Positions 26,709 to 37,700 of a DNA stretch of 64,000 nt are shown here, one piece after another. Made by a program: the position numbers and the translations under genes. This DNA comes from Candidatus Obscuribacterales bacterium. GTDB taxonomy: Bacteria > Cyanobacteriota > Vampirovibrionia > Obscuribacterales > Obscuribacteraceae. The DNA lies in the NCBI GenBank assembly GCA_965228855.1, contig CBDDIJ010000003.1:736001-800000 (forward strand), written 5' to 3'. Each line of letters opens with the position of its first letter. The stretch's first letter is position 1. The notes under the pieces were generated by a model. It was not told where the DNA came from and did no database searches. It was given only the letters and a program-made list of their open reading frames with translations.

Positions 26709-29700
26709 TTAGTGTTTACCCGATGAAACGAAGTTTCTAGTTACCGTCGTCTTCGTGTTGTCGGACGTTCCTTCTCCTTCTAAGTTTCGTGGTCTCCGAA
26801 AGTTTTGAATCTTAAGCTTCCAATCGTCGACATATGTAAACACGACCGGCACCACGATTAGTGTCAAAAAGGTTGAGGTTATTAAACCGCCGACTACTGC
26901 CACCGCCATAGGTGAGCGCACTTCGGAGCCCGCTCCGATACCGAGGGCAATTGGCACCATGCCTGCGATCATAGCGACTGTTGTCATCAAAATCGGTCTC
27001 ATACGAGCCTCAGTTGCTTCGAGGATTGCCTCATGTCTTGGCACGCCACGGTGCATGGACATCAAAACGTACTCAACGAGAAGAATGGCGTTTTTCGTTA
27101 CAAGACCCATAAGCATGACTATGCCGATCAGAGCATACAAACCAACAGATTGATGGGCGACAATCAGACCGAGCGCGGCGCCACCGATTGCCATCGGGAG
27201 TGACATCATGATAGTGAGTGGATGCAGGAAGTCGTTGAAGAGCAGCACGAGAACTGCGTAGATGAGAACGACTGCTGCTGCGATCGCCATACCGAAGCCA
27301 GAGAATACATCTCGTTGAATTTCGACGTCGCCGCTCACATTCTCCTTGATAGATGCGGGCAAGTTTTTGAACGTCGGTAATTGGTGAATTGCCTTCAGTG
27401 CTTGACCGAGCGTCATATTGCTGTTTAACGTTGCGCTGATCGTGACCTGGCGATCTCTGTCATATCTGTCAATCTGCGCCGGACCGCTACCAAAGCGGAC
27501 CTCAGCAACTTCACTCAATGGAACCATTTGTCCTCTAAAGTTCGACACTTTAAGATCGCCGATTGAATCGATATTTCTGCGGTAACGCGGATCAATTTGA
27601 ACGCGGATGTTGATTTGACGATCCGGAAGGTCGAATTTGGCGAGATTGAAATCTACATCTCCGACTGTTGCCATGGTTGCTGTTCTTGCAATCTGTTGAA
27701 CGGAGATCCCATGATCCGAGGCTTTCTCGAAGTCCGGTATGACTTGAATTTCAGGACGACGCAATGCAGAACTGGAAGTGACGTCTGAGATACCGGATAC
27801 GGTGCGCATCTCTTTAGCAAGTTTTTCAGTTGTAGCTTTTAGCTGTCCGGCGTCAGGACCTACGAGCAAGATTTGAACTTTGCCGCCCAGTCCCATTGTG
27901 GCTGAGATATTTGCGCGAATTCCAGGAATCGCGGCAACCTCGGGCCGAATCATGTCCTCGAACTGCTGCTGCGAAATTTTTCGGTGAGAGCGCTCCTTCA
28001 GTATGACGTAGAGGTTCGCTTTATTGATGCTACCGGCGCTACCGGATGATCTGACGCCCGTGGTTGATGGAGTACCAACCGAGGCGAAAACGTGTTCCAC
28101 TTCCTGGTGTGCCATGAGCAGTTTGGTTACGCGAAGCGAAACGTCCGAAGTTGTTTCAAGCGTCGCTCCTGGCGGTAATTCAATTGCAACGAGACTTTCA
28201 CCGCGGTCAGCGGAGTTTACCAGCGAGGTCGGAAGCGCTGCCAACATGCCGACGCTTGCTACGAAGATGGCACCAGCGATGAGAACGGTCTTACCGCGAT
28301 GGTCGAGAGCCCAGGCAAGTAGTTTGTCAAAGAACTTCTGCACCGCATTCTTCGGCGGCTCCTCCGGGGCGCCTTTTAACCAGAAAGCCGACATCATAGG
28401 CGTAATCAAACGGGCGACGACGAGCGAGAAGAATACTGCAACTGCAACGGTTATCCCGAATTGTTTAAAGAATTGACCGGGAATGCCTCCCATGAAGGCG
28501 ACCGGGAGAAATACTACGATGATACTCATTGTCGTGGCGACTACAGCCAGACCGATTTCGTCTGCAGCTTCCAGAGCCGCTTCAAGAGGTTTCTTGCCCA
28601 TTTGCATGTGGCGAACAATGTTTTCTATTTCAACAATTGCGTCGTCTACCAGGATACCGATGACGAGAGCAAGTCCAAGAAGCGACATATTGTTAAGGGT
28701 GAAACCCAGCAGACTCATCACTGCGAATGTCGGTATCATTGACAGTGGCATAGCCAGGGCTGCAATGCCGGAGGCACGCCAGTCCCGAAGAAAGACCCAA
28801 ATTACTGCGATTGCCAGGGCGGCCCCAAGAAGCAGTGAGTCGATGGTTGCGTGATAAGACTCCATGACATAGCCGAGATTCGAGCGCACTTTTGTAATTT
28901 CGACATCCGGCATCTCCGCGCGCATCTTTTCCAGTGCCTTGTCGACGTTGGTGCCGACCTCCGCCATGTTACTGCCTGTGGAACGAATGATTGAAAACGC
29001 CACCGCTGGTTTGCCGTCCATCATTGCTAACTGGCGCTGTTCTGCGATGCCATCGCTTACGGTGCCTAGCGAATCTAGTGATGCCCAGGTGCCATTCTGC
29101 AAGGCGACACGAGTGTCTTTCAGTTGTTCAACCGATGTGGCACTACCAATGGTTCTAATCGATTGCTCCTGGGAGCCCACGGAGCCCCTGCCACCCGGCA
29201 TGTTGGCGTTCATTATCCTAACCTGGGTATTTACCAGATCGGCGGTCACGCCCAGGGCCTCCAGTTTTGCTGGATCGAGATCGATGTTAATTTCTCTGTC
29301 GACGCCACCCGCACGTTGAACCTGCCCAACGCCTTTAACTGCGAGTAGTCTTCTCGAAATTTCATTGTCGATCAACCAGCTCAGGTCCTTCACTGATTGA
29401 GTTTTCGACGAGACTGTATATGTTGCAAAAGGTCCTCCGACGAAATCTAATCGTTGAATCGTCGGTTCTTCAATTGCAGCGGGCAACTGGCTTCTAATAC
29501 GGGTTACCGCATCGCGAACATCATTGAGCGCTCTGTCCGTATTGGTGCCAAGTTCAAACTCGATTTTTGTTTGTGCCGTACCTTCGTTCAGAGTGCTTGT
29601 GATGTGTTTGATGTTGCCTATTCCGGCGACCGCATCTTCTACTCGCCTGGCGACCTGTGTTTCCAACTCAGATGGTGCCGCGCCATTCTCTGAAACAGTG

Positions 29701-29846
29701 ACCATGATCGTGGGCATATCGATGTTTGGGTTTTCATCGATGCCGAGATTGAAGTAACAAATCACGCCTGAAATCGAGAGTATCAGGAATAAGAGTATTG
29801 AAGGTATCGGTTGCCGGATTGACCAGGCTGAGATATTCCAGTTCAT
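26709..29846 (-). CDS. RND efflux permease (AcrB/HAE1 family)
   Basis: 1045 aa; GILVDDAIVEIENI, GLVTKNAILLVE, RMRPILMTT. Confidence 0.97.
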   Translation of the reverse strand: MNWNISAWSIRQPIPSILLFLILSISGVICYFNLGIDENPNIDMPTIMVTVSENGAAPSELETQVARRVEDAVAGIGNIKHITSTLNEGTAQTKIEFELGTNTDRALNDVRDAVTRIRSQLPAAIEEPTIQRLDFVGGPFATYTVSSKTQSVKDLSWLIDNEISRRLLAVKGVGQVQRAGGVDREINIDLDPAKLEALGVTADLVNTQVRIMNANMPGGRGSVGSQEQSIRTIGSATSVEQLKDTRVALQNGTWASLDSLGTVSDGIAEQRQLAMMDGKPAVAFSIIRSTGSNMAEVGTNVDKALEKMRAEMPDVEITKVRSNLGYVMESYHATIDSLLLGAALAIAVIWVFLRDWRASGIAALAMPLSMIPTFAVMSLLGFTLNNMSLLGLALVIGILVDDAIVEIENIVRHMQMGKKPLEAALEAADEIGLAVVATTMSIIVVFLPVAFMGGIPGQFFKQFGITVAVAVFFSLVVARLITPMMSAFWLKGAPEEPPKNAVQKFFDKLLAWALDHRGKTVLIAGAIFVASVGMLAALPTSLVNSADRGESLVAIELPPGATLETTSDVSLRVTKLLMAHQEVEHVFASVGTPSTTGVRSSGSAGSINKANLYVILKERSHRKISQQQFEDMIRPEVAAIPGIRANISATMGLGGKVQILLVGPDAGQLKATTEKLAKEMRTVSGISDVTSSSALRRPEIQVIPDFEKASDHGISVQQIARTATMATVGDVDFNLAKFDLPDRQINIRVQIDPRYRRNIDSIGDLKVSNFRGQMVPLSEVAEVRFGSGPAQIDRYDRDRQVTISATLNSNMTLGQALKAIHQLPTFKNLPASIKENVSGDVEIQRDVFSGFGMAIAAAVVLIYAVLVLLFNDFLHPLTIMMSLPMAIGGAALGLIVAHQSVGLYALIGIVMLMGLVTKNAILLVEYVLMSMHRGVPRHEAILEATEARMRPILMTTVAMIAGMVPIALGIGAGSEVRSPMAVAVVGGLITSTFLTLIVVPVVFTYVDDWKLKIQNFRRPRNLEGEGTSDNTKTTVTRNFVSSGKH

Positions 29847-29899
29847 TTTCGCCTCAAGACATTTGTCTTTTCTATCGTTTTCCGCCCTGCCTCGTTTCC

Positions 29900-31390
29900 T
29901 TATCTCCCCACGGCAACGGGATCTTCATCATTCAGAAATCCGGCTCCCGCCACAATTATTTGTTCTCCGGGTTGAAGTCCGTTCCGAATTTCGGCGACAT
30001 CTTTCACGCGCGCACCGACGGCAACTTGATGCTTCCTCGCTAGTCCGTTTTCATAAGTGAAAACATAATCAACTCCCTCGTCGGAGAGGATTGCGCTGTT
30101 CGGCACTGTAAGAGCGTTGCGATTGCCCCGTTCAATTTGTCCTTTGACGAACATGCCGGGCTTGAATCCGGAATCCGCTGGAATCGCTATGCGCACGGTA
30201 CCAAGTCTGGTTGTTTCATCTACGACAGGCGAGATTTGAAAAACCTTTCCTTCTGCCGATCTCGTATTGTCAGTCACGTGGGCAAGCTGACCGACAGCCA
30301 GTCTCGAGATATCGTCTTGGGAGACCTTTGCCTTTAATTCGATGTTGCCTTTGCGGATCATTTCAAACAAAGGTTTGGTGCCGTTCGACAGATCGCCGAT
30401 GTGAGCGTAGCGCCTGGTGATCAAACCATCATCAGGAGCTCTCACTATGGTCTGTTCGATTTGAGCGCGCATTTGTTGAACCGCTGCAGCGTTTTCGTTC
30501 GCTGCAGCCTCCGAAATTTGAACGTCTTCTCGGCGACCGCCTTCTTTCGCCATTGTCAGTCGGTTGGCTGCCTGACGAGATGCAAACCGGGCGGCCTCCA
30601 GATTTTGCTGAGCTGCTCGGACGGTACTACCGGTGGTGAGTGCCTCAGTTTCCTTTGTTTGGGCTTCCATCTGGCTGACGGCGCCTTCCTTAAGAAGAGC
30701 TGCATAACGCGCCGCAGTGCTTTTCGCGAGTTTCTGCGACGCCTTCGCCTGGTCCAAAAGGGCGGTTTTGTTTTGAATATCGGCAAGACTTTGCTGGTAG
30801 GCGGCCTCGAATGAGCCAATATCCTCAACTCGATTGGGTTGCTCAGCCTTGATCAATGATGCATGTGCGCCTTGCAAGCGAGCCTCCGCCCCTGCCAGCT
30901 GCGCTCGAATGACCGATGAGTCCAGGGTGCAGAGGACTTGCCCTTTTTTAACATAGTCTCCTTCCTCGACATCGACTGTTTTGATGACCAGTCCCATTGA
31001 TGAGGAGCCCACGGATAGCGGGTCGGTTGCCGAAATTGAGCCGGTGAGACTGAGGGTGTCGGGCACTGCTCTCAGAGTGGCGGGAAGAACTGTGACTGTG
31101 GCGACCGGGACTTGCTTCGTCACTGCGGCCGCATCGTGAGCGCGCCCGTTGACCAGCATTGAGCCGGCTGCTGTTGCGCCAGTGAGAACTGCCAGGGCTC
31201 CGACGATTCCGAACGTTATATATAAGGACCGTTTTGAGAAACCTTTCGAGAAACCTTTCGAGACTGCCTTTCGTGCAGGCTCAGGCTGCTTTGTGGCTGT
31301 GCCCGACTCAATGCCGGCATCGATGCCGTCAGTTGTCGGTTGACCAGGCTGAGCAGGCTCTATTGGTTGGTTTCGACTGATTACCATCAT
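29900..31390 (-). CDS. RND periplasmic adaptor (membrane fusion protein)
   Basis: TM anchor, VEEGDYVKKGQVL lipoyl half-motif, long coiled coil, VRAPDDG, FKPGMFV. Confidence 0.95.
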   Translation of the reverse strand: MMVISRNQPIEPAQPGQPTTDGIDAGIESGTATKQPEPARKAVSKGFSKGFSKRSLYITFGIVGALAVLTGATAAGSMLVNGRAHDAAAVTKQVPVATVTVLPATLRAVPDTLSLTGSISATDPLSVGSSSMGLVIKTVDVEEGDYVKKGQVLCTLDSSVIRAQLAGAEARLQGAHASLIKAEQPNRVEDIGSFEAAYQQSLADIQNKTALLDQAKASQKLAKSTAARYAALLKEGAVSQMEAQTKETEALTTGSTVRAAQQNLEAARFASRQAANRLTMAKEGGRREDVQISEAAANENAAAVQQMRAQIEQTIVRAPDDGLITRRYAHIGDLSNGTKPLFEMIRKGNIELKAKVSQDDISRLAVGQLAHVTDNTRSAEGKVFQISPVVDETTRLGTVRIAIPADSGFKPGMFVKGQIERGNRNALTVPNSAILSDEGVDYVFTYENGLARKHQVAVGARVKDVAEIRNGLQPGEQIIVAGAGFLNDEDPVAVGR

Positions 31391-31431
31391 TGTTCCGGAC
31401 TCCCAGACGCTTTTGACTATTTGTCACGATA

Positions 31432-31449
31432 ATGAATGAATTCATTCAT
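31432..31449. promoter_or_regulatory. Perfect 18-bp palindrome, probable TetR operator
   Basis: ATGAATGAATTCATTCAT between the divergent RND adaptor and tetR genes. Confidence 0.7.
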
Positions 31450-31620
31450 CTATAATATTACGGACATCGAAATCTGTAAAATGTTCCGCTCCGAGCGGTG
31501 AAATTATTCTCCTGAAAGCTTTGCGGAGGTTCTGATTGCGGGTTTTCGCTAAAAAATTTCCCTGGTTTCGGGACGAATCTTGGATAATTAGGTCTGGAGC
31601 TACTACCGCAAGTCTGAAGA

Positions 31621-32202
31621 ATGGCAAGACCAATAGATCCGGAAAAACGAGCCGCGATTTTGCAAGCGGCGAAGATGATCATCGAACGCGATGGTTATCA
31701 ATCTGCGAAGATTGCGCAGATTGCAGCCGAGGCTGGTGTCGCCTCTGGTACCGTCTATCTCTATTTCGATTCTAAAGAAGCCATTGCTGCAGCGCTCGCT
31801 TCCGAATTTTTCGAGCTCGCCTCCGCACTTACACGCAAGCATGCGCCACAGCTGACCGAGCCCAACGGCGTAGAAAACTATATTGACGCCGTCGTTGAAT
31901 TCGCGATTGCAAATAAGGCTCTTCTAGAGCAACTCAAGCCGAATCCAAAAATGGCGGAGGATGAATACTCCAAGGAAAAACGCAGGGAGTTGCAGGGGCA
32001 GATGATCTCCATGCTTCAGGACCAAATGGACAAGGGCATTATCGATAGCTACGACCCTCGAGGTTTGGCCTCGCTTATCTTCGGTATCATGCACAGTGTC
32101 GTTATGGGCGTGGTTGTGTTTAAGGACTATCCTCTAGAAATATATCGCGAGACGGCCGCAAAAATTCTACGCAAGGCTCTTCAGCCCAGCGCTACTGCGT
32201 AA
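31621..32202 (+). CDS. TetR/AcrR family transcriptional regulator
   Basis: AILQAA...IAQIAAEAGVASGTVYLYFDSKE HTH; divergent from the RND operon. Confidence 0.95.
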   Translation: MARPIDPEKRAAILQAAKMIIERDGYQSAKIAQIAAEAGVASGTVYLYFDSKEAIAAALASEFFELASALTRKHAPQLTEPNGVENYIDAVVEFAIANKALLEQLKPNPKMAEDEYSKEKRRELQGQMISMLQDQMDKGIIDSYDPRGLASLIFGIMHSVVMGVVVFKDYPLEIYRETAAKILRKALQPSATA

Positions 32203-34519
32203 GCGTAAAGTTCGCTTCCTTCACATCGCGGCTATTCGTCCCGATAAACACTTTGAAGTCGCCTGGTTCTGCGCCATATTTCAGATCCGAATTGTAGAAC
32301 TTCAAGTCGTCGAGGGTAATCTTGAACGCGACTGTTTTCGTTTCACCCGGCTCGAGAGTGATTGGCTGGAAACCTTTCAGTTCCTTGACGGGACGCGTGA
32401 TGCTGCCAACCATGTCTCGTATGTAGAGCTGGACAACTTCCGTGCCTGCGCGCTTACTTGTGTTCGTGACAGTTACCGATGCCGTCAGAGTGTCAGCTGG
32501 AGCCATCTTGTTAGACCCGAGCGTGATATCGCTATAGTTAAACTGCGAGTAACTCAAGCCGTAGCCGAACGGGTAAAGTGGATAGTTGGAAACATCCAGG
32601 TACTTTGATTTGTATTTTTCGCGGTCATCAAAAGGTCTGCCGGTGTTTTTCGCGTTGTAATAGATTGGAATTTGACCGACGTTTACGGGGAAGCTCATGG
32701 TGAGTTTTCCTGATGGGTTAGCGTCTCCGAAAAGAAGGTCGACGGTCGCGGCACCAGCCATGGTACCACCGAACCAGGTCTCCAGAATAGCATCCATGTT
32801 TGCGTCTTCCCAGGGCAGGGTAAGCGGACGACCATTTTCCAGAACCAGAACAATCGGCTTGCCGGTCGCCTTCAACGCCTTTAGCAACGCCACCTGATTG
32901 TCGAACAAACCGATCATGCTGCGGCTTGCCGCTTCACCGCTCATGATAAACGGTTCTCCGACACACGCGACAACCACATCAGCTTTGTTGGCTATTGAAA
33001 CCGCTTCCGATATCATTTCGGATGGCGACTTTGCGTCCGGAGTGATCATGCCACCATCGCGGTTTAGCTTCTCCGCCAGCAAAGGATCGTCCATAATGTT
33101 GCAGCCTTTGGCATAGAGAAAAGTGTTGCCACTGAATTTGGTGCTCAGCGCATCCCAAATGCTCACCGACTGTTTCCAATCGCCGGCTCCGCTCCAACTG
33201 CCGATTGTGCTGCGTTGATCCTTCACCATTGGTCCGATGAAGGCTATCTTTTGTTTCGGATTGAGAGGCAAGATCTGGTTTTTGTTCTTCAACAAAACGG
33301 CGCTTTTAATGGCGGTCTCTTTGCTGAGTTCTTTCTTTTGAGGAGTCATCGTCTCAGCTTTTTTGCGGTCTTCGCTCATGAAACGATAAGGGTCATCAAA
33401 CAGCCCAAGCTCGTATTTAGCATTCAAAACTCTGCGGCATGCATCGTCGATCAGCTTTTCATTTACTCTGCCTTCTTTTACCAACTGAGCACCATATTTG
33501 GTGAAGAGCTCACCAACCATGTCCTGATCGATACCTGCCTTAAAAGCCAGTTCTGCAACTTTAGCCTCGTCACCGACTCCGTGATTAATCATCTCGGGGA
33601 TGCCTGTATAGTCGGTACAAATAAATCCTTTGAAGCCCCATTGGTCTCTCAGAATGTCCGTCATCAGCCATTTGTTGGCGGTTGCCGGAACACCATTGAC
33701 CTCGTTGAAAGATGCCATTGCTGTCGCAACTCCGGCATCGACCGCGGCTTTGTAAGGCGGCATGTAGTCGTTGAACATCTTCACGGGGCTCATGTCGACG
33801 GTGTTGTAGTCGCGTCCGGCTTCAGCCCCACCATACAATGCGTAGTGTTTAACGCAGGCAAGAACTTTGTCTGCGTTTTCATAGCCGTTACCTTGATATC
33901 CGCGCACCATTGCCTTTGCGATTTCACTTCCGAGAAACGGGTCTTCGCCGGCTCCCTCCGTGCAACGTCCCCATCTGGGATCTCTTGCGATATCGACCAT
34001 TGGCGAAAAGGTCCAGTTGAGTCCATCTGCTGAAGCTTCGCTCGCGGCAGCGCTCGCGGTTTTTTGAATCAGACCCATGTCCCATGAGCACGACAACCCC
34101 AGGGGAATAGGGAAAATCGTGCGGTGTCCATGGATAACGTCATAACCGAACAACAACGGGATTTTTAACCGAGTTTCGTTGACAGCCATTTCCTGAAGTT
34201 TCCGAACCGCAGACGGTGTGAACATATTAAAGACGCCGCCGACGAGACCCTTCTTGATTTTCGCGTCCACATCCTGGCTCACGACTGGACCGGTAACATC
34301 AAAGCCGATGGAAAGCAGGTTCATCTGTCCGATCTTCTCTTCGAGCGTCATCTTGCTCATGAGGTCGGAAACAAATGCGTTCATTTTTTGCTTCGCCGAA
34401 TTTGATTGCTGCTCGGAACTCGACTGCTGATCAGCGATTTTTGTAGCGGCCATTGCAGGAAGCGGCATCGTGCCTACCTGCAACGCAATCAAAAATGATG
34501 TCAACCAGGGTTTCATCAT
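32192..34519 (-). CDS. bglX: Periplasmic GH3 beta-glucosidase
   Basis: Signal peptide; MTLEEKIGQ, DVIHG, RDPRWGR, KHY, TDY nucleophile, SGEAASR, C-terminal Fn3-like domain. Confidence 0.95.
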   Translation of the reverse strand: MMKPWLTSFLIALQVGTMPLPAMAATKIADQQSSSEQQSNSAKQKMNAFVSDLMSKMTLEEKIGQMNLLSIGFDVTGPVVSQDVDAKIKKGLVGGVFNMFTPSAVRKLQEMAVNETRLKIPLLFGYDVIHGHRTIFPIPLGLSCSWDMGLIQKTASAAASEASADGLNWTFSPMVDIARDPRWGRCTEGAGEDPFLGSEIAKAMVRGYQGNGYENADKVLACVKHYALYGGAEAGRDYNTVDMSPVKMFNDYMPPYKAAVDAGVATAMASFNEVNGVPATANKWLMTDILRDQWGFKGFICTDYTGIPEMINHGVGDEAKVAELAFKAGIDQDMVGELFTKYGAQLVKEGRVNEKLIDDACRRVLNAKYELGLFDDPYRFMSEDRKKAETMTPQKKELSKETAIKSAVLLKNKNQILPLNPKQKIAFIGPMVKDQRSTIGSWSGAGDWKQSVSIWDALSTKFSGNTFLYAKGCNIMDDPLLAEKLNRDGGMITPDAKSPSEMISEAVSIANKADVVVACVGEPFIMSGEAASRSMIGLFDNQVALLKALKATGKPIVLVLENGRPLTLPWEDANMDAILETWFGGTMAGAATVDLLFGDANPSGKLTMSFPVNVGQIPIYYNAKNTGRPFDDREKYKSKYLDVSNYPLYPFGYGLSYSQFNYSDITLGSNKMAPADTLTASVTVTNTSKRAGTEVVQLYIRDMVGSITRPVKELKGFQPITLEPGETKTVAFKITLDDLKFYNSDLKYGAEPGDFKVFIGTNSRDVKEANFTLTQ

Positions 34520-34738
34520 GACTTTCGAGTCTCCTATTCAAGGCTGATGATACAAAGACGCGCATGTTGTGAGATCTGCCCGCGAGTAAATCCAAATGCA
34601 AAAGCAGGAGATTCGCGCGACAAGATTTCCGGATTAGATTCGGGCACTCGGCAACCTTAATATCTAAACCAGCATCAAGTATCTCACCTTGAAAAGCCAA
34701 ATTGGAGCGATGCTCTTTCAGTTTGCCGACCGACCCAA

Positions 34739-35923
34739 CTATCTCGTGGCGGTCTGATTCTGGGCAAAGTTTTGAATAGATTTCACAAGCGATAATGCCA
34801 GTCCATCTGCCTGGAGCTGCTCGAAAGTGACGTTTTGCACAAAGTCAAACTTTGCGCCATAGCCCAGTAATTGATTGTCCATCGCGTCGAGAAATCTGCG
34901 ACCACGCCAATCGGCTCCGCCGATCTGAAAAAATACGACAGTCACCTCGTGCGGAGATTTCATCTGCTTGGATGCCTGGATCAGTGATTGTGCCACCATC
35001 ATTGGTTCCGTCCGTGGTACCGGGACACCATCTGTGATGACACCGATAAGGACTGGCTTGGAACCTGGCTTTCGGTTTCGGAAGTAGTTAGATAACCGAT
35101 CACGCAGCGGACGCGACAATCTGGTTCCACCGCTGAAGAACGGCTGGTCAAAGAGTTCTACAATATCGCTTGGTTTGGAATTCTCGTATACGTTATAGCC
35201 GGAAGCAAAGGTACTTAGCGTCAGACCTCGTGGCACAAAAGGCGCGAGCAAGTTCGAGAGATTTCGGGCTTGCATTCCGCACCACTCCCATCGCGACAGT
35301 CCGTTGGGACAATCGCGTTGTCTCATAGATTTTGATTCGTCGATGATGAGCTCCACATCATACTGTGCGAGAAGTTGAACCGAAACATTTCCCTGGAGTG
35401 GCGCTTTCTGCGCACCGTTAAACAGACCATTTCGGTTGGCGTTCAATTGAAACGGAACGTGGTCTCCTGAGGCGGTTTGAGATTGCAGGCGCTGCGGGGC
35501 TGTTTGGGGCATAGCGGTAGCCCGACCCTGTAATGTATTCTGGGAAGCTTGTCCGTTTAATGCAGGAGGGAACGCCGCTGCAGCACTTGGAACAAGGGGT
35601 TGCAGTTTGTCGCTGGAGCCGCTGTTTACGTCTTCCTCAGCCTGAATGTGCAGTTTCTTCGCGTTGAGCTGAAACGGTTTTCCTTCCAGATACTGGGATG
35701 GCGCCGAATCTGCGCTTTCCGTCTGAGTCGTTCCCTGAGAACCCGGTCTTCTTAAGCGATGCGGAGCCGGTGCTACTGTCGGCTCAATCTCCTCGGACCG
35801 TGCGTAAGCCGGTTGCGTGAAAATTGAATGCGTTCCATTCAAGCCGAACGGAAGCGCACAAATTAGGGAACCCGTTGCGAGGATGACGCTTAGTGCTTTG
35901 CGATGGGCTGTTCCGCCTGACAA
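34739..35923 (-). CDS. Secreted vWA-domain protein
   Basis: Signal-like N-terminus, Gln/Pro-rich linker, MIDAS elements DESKS, GGT, ITDG. Confidence 0.8.
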   Translation of the reverse strand: MSGGTAHRKALSVILATGSLICALPFGLNGTHSIFTQPAYARSEEIEPTVAPAPHRLRRPGSQGTTQTESADSAPSQYLEGKPFQLNAKKLHIQAEEDVNSGSSDKLQPLVPSAAAAFPPALNGQASQNTLQGRATAMPQTAPQRLQSQTASGDHVPFQLNANRNGLFNGAQKAPLQGNVSVQLLAQYDVELIIDESKSMRQRDCPNGLSRWEWCGMQARNLSNLLAPFVPRGLTLSTFASGYNVYENSKPSDIVELFDQPFFSGGTRLSRPLRDRLSNYFRNRKPGSKPVLIGVITDGVPVPRTEPMMVAQSLIQASKQMKSPHEVTVVFFQIGGADWRGRRFLDAMDNQLLGYGAKFDFVQNVTFEQLQADGLALSLVKSIQNFAQNQTATR

Positions 35924-36068
35924 GACGCTCGATTCCTTTTGGGTGGAAGGCTGCTAATCGTGCTTCATGCAAATCAGCCTCTAATATATAGAACGTAAAA
36001 ACTGACCAAATGGTTCAATTTCAAAGATTAAATCTTGAAATCGTCTGCGCCTTATTTAGCGCCTCCAA

Positions 36069-37685
36069 TTAATGGGCACCAGCATTGCCGGCTCCGCTGG
36101 TTTTCTTCAGGAATATGACTGCGATTACGCTGGCGATAACCACAAACGAAAGGAGAAGGAAGGCGTCGTTGTAAGCCTGTATGTATGACTCTCTGCGAAC
36201 AATTCGATCCAGCATCTTGGTGGCTTCCTGTGCTGCGAGCACTGAATCCGCGCCGCGTGTTATGAACATTTGCGTGTATTGATTCAGACGCTCCTGGACG
36301 ACAGGAGCAGTCATGTGAATTGCTTCGCCAATTCGAGAGGAGTGCAGTTGTTCGCGTTGCGTCACAAAGGTTGAGACCATAGCAACACCGATTGACCCTC
36401 CCAGGTTTCTCATCATGTTAAACAACGACGAGGCCGGAGCAGCTTCCTCTGGTTTGATATCACCGGTGGTGAGCGTCGAAAGTGGTACCATAATTAGTGG
36501 CTGACCCATTGCTCGCACAAGGTTTGAGATTAGAAACTGCGGACCGGCTGTGTCATGTGTCATTGATGAGCTGAGAAATGAGCTGAGCGCGAAAATGGTG
36601 AGGCCTAAGCCCAGTAAAATTCTAGAATCGAATCGTTGCATCAACTTCGGCACAAAAGGAATGATGAGGAGCTGTGGCAGTCCAAGCCAGACCAGGACTT
36701 CGCCAATCTGCAAAGGACTGTATGCCTGGATCTGCGCCAGATAAGTGGGCATCAAATAAATTGACCCGTAAAGACCGACGCCGAGAGCGACGTTCGCCAC
36801 ACTGCCTAAACCGAAGTTGCGATTTGTCAGCAAGCGCAGATGCAGGAGCGGATGTTTTGTTCTCAGCTCATGCCAGATCAAAATCGCAAGCGAAACAGCT
36901 GCAATAATCGCCAGGTTGACGATCATTGGCGAGCCGAACCAGTCTTTGCGGTTGCCTTCCTCAAGCACGACCTCAAGACAGCCGAGACCAAGTGCCATTG
37001 TGAACATGCCGAGCCAGTCGCCCTGCTTCAGGAGTTTCAGGTCAAGCTTTTCCTTAGGCAATGCGTACAGCATCAGGCCGATGAGCACCATTCCTGGTAT
37101 CAAGTTTAAGTAAAATATATAACGCCAATTGAAGGTATCGGTCAGCCATCCGCCTATGGCCGGTCCAATCGAAGGCGCGAATGTGGCTGTAACCGCAAAT
37201 ATCGCCATGCCTATTGTTCTCTTGGCTGGAGGCAAGCTGGTCAAGATAATAGTCAATGACATCGGAATGAGTGTACCGCCTGTAAAACCTTGCAGCGCGC
37301 GGAATACGATCATCGAGTTTAAATCCCATGCGAAGGCGCAACACATGGAAAAGATAACGAAGAGGAAGGCGTTTACCACCACATACCAGCGGGTCGTGAA
37401 GACCCGAGAGAGGTAAGCTGTCAATGGTATCGTTATAATTTCCGCTACCAGATAGGATGTCGCAACCCACGTCCCTTCATCTAAAGTCGCACCAATTGCG
37501 CCCTGGATATCTTGAAGAGACGAATTTACGATTTGAATGTCGAGAACCGCCATGAATGCGCCTAGTGCAGCTCCGAGGACGGCGACCCAGCTTTTAAACG
37601 GTATTTTTACATCTTCTACTTCGTTCGCTTTTGCTTCAGCGATTTTCGTATTTTTGTTTTTGCTTGACTGACTCATGACGTACAC
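36069..37685 (-). CDS. emrB: DHA2 (EmrB/QacA) MFS multidrug efflux permease
   Basis: GAFMAVLDIQIVN, FRALQGFTGG, APSIGPAIGGW, MRNLGGSIG; about 14 TM helices. Confidence 0.93.
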   Translation of the reverse strand: MYVMSQSSKNKNTKIAEAKANEVEDVKIPFKSWVAVLGAALGAFMAVLDIQIVNSSLQDIQGAIGATLDEGTWVATSYLVAEIITIPLTAYLSRVFTTRWYVVVNAFLFVIFSMCCAFAWDLNSMIVFRALQGFTGGTLIPMSLTIILTSLPPAKRTIGMAIFAVTATFAPSIGPAIGGWLTDTFNWRYIFYLNLIPGMVLIGLMLYALPKEKLDLKLLKQGDWLGMFTMALGLGCLEVVLEEGNRKDWFGSPMIVNLAIIAAVSLAILIWHELRTKHPLLHLRLLTNRNFGLGSVANVALGVGLYGSIYLMPTYLAQIQAYSPLQIGEVLVWLGLPQLLIIPFVPKLMQRFDSRILLGLGLTIFALSSFLSSSMTHDTAGPQFLISNLVRAMGQPLIMVPLSTLTTGDIKPEEAAPASSLFNMMRNLGGSIGVAMVSTFVTQREQLHSSRIGEAIHMTAPVVQERLNQYTQMFITRGADSVLAAQEATKMLDRIVRRESYIQAYNDAFLLLSFVVIASVIAVIFLKKTSGAGNAGAH

Positions 37686-37700
37686 CCGATTGCGGGTTAC

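Noticed and set aside
33215..34033. 272-aa + strand ORF
   Set aside because: Antisense shadow of bglX
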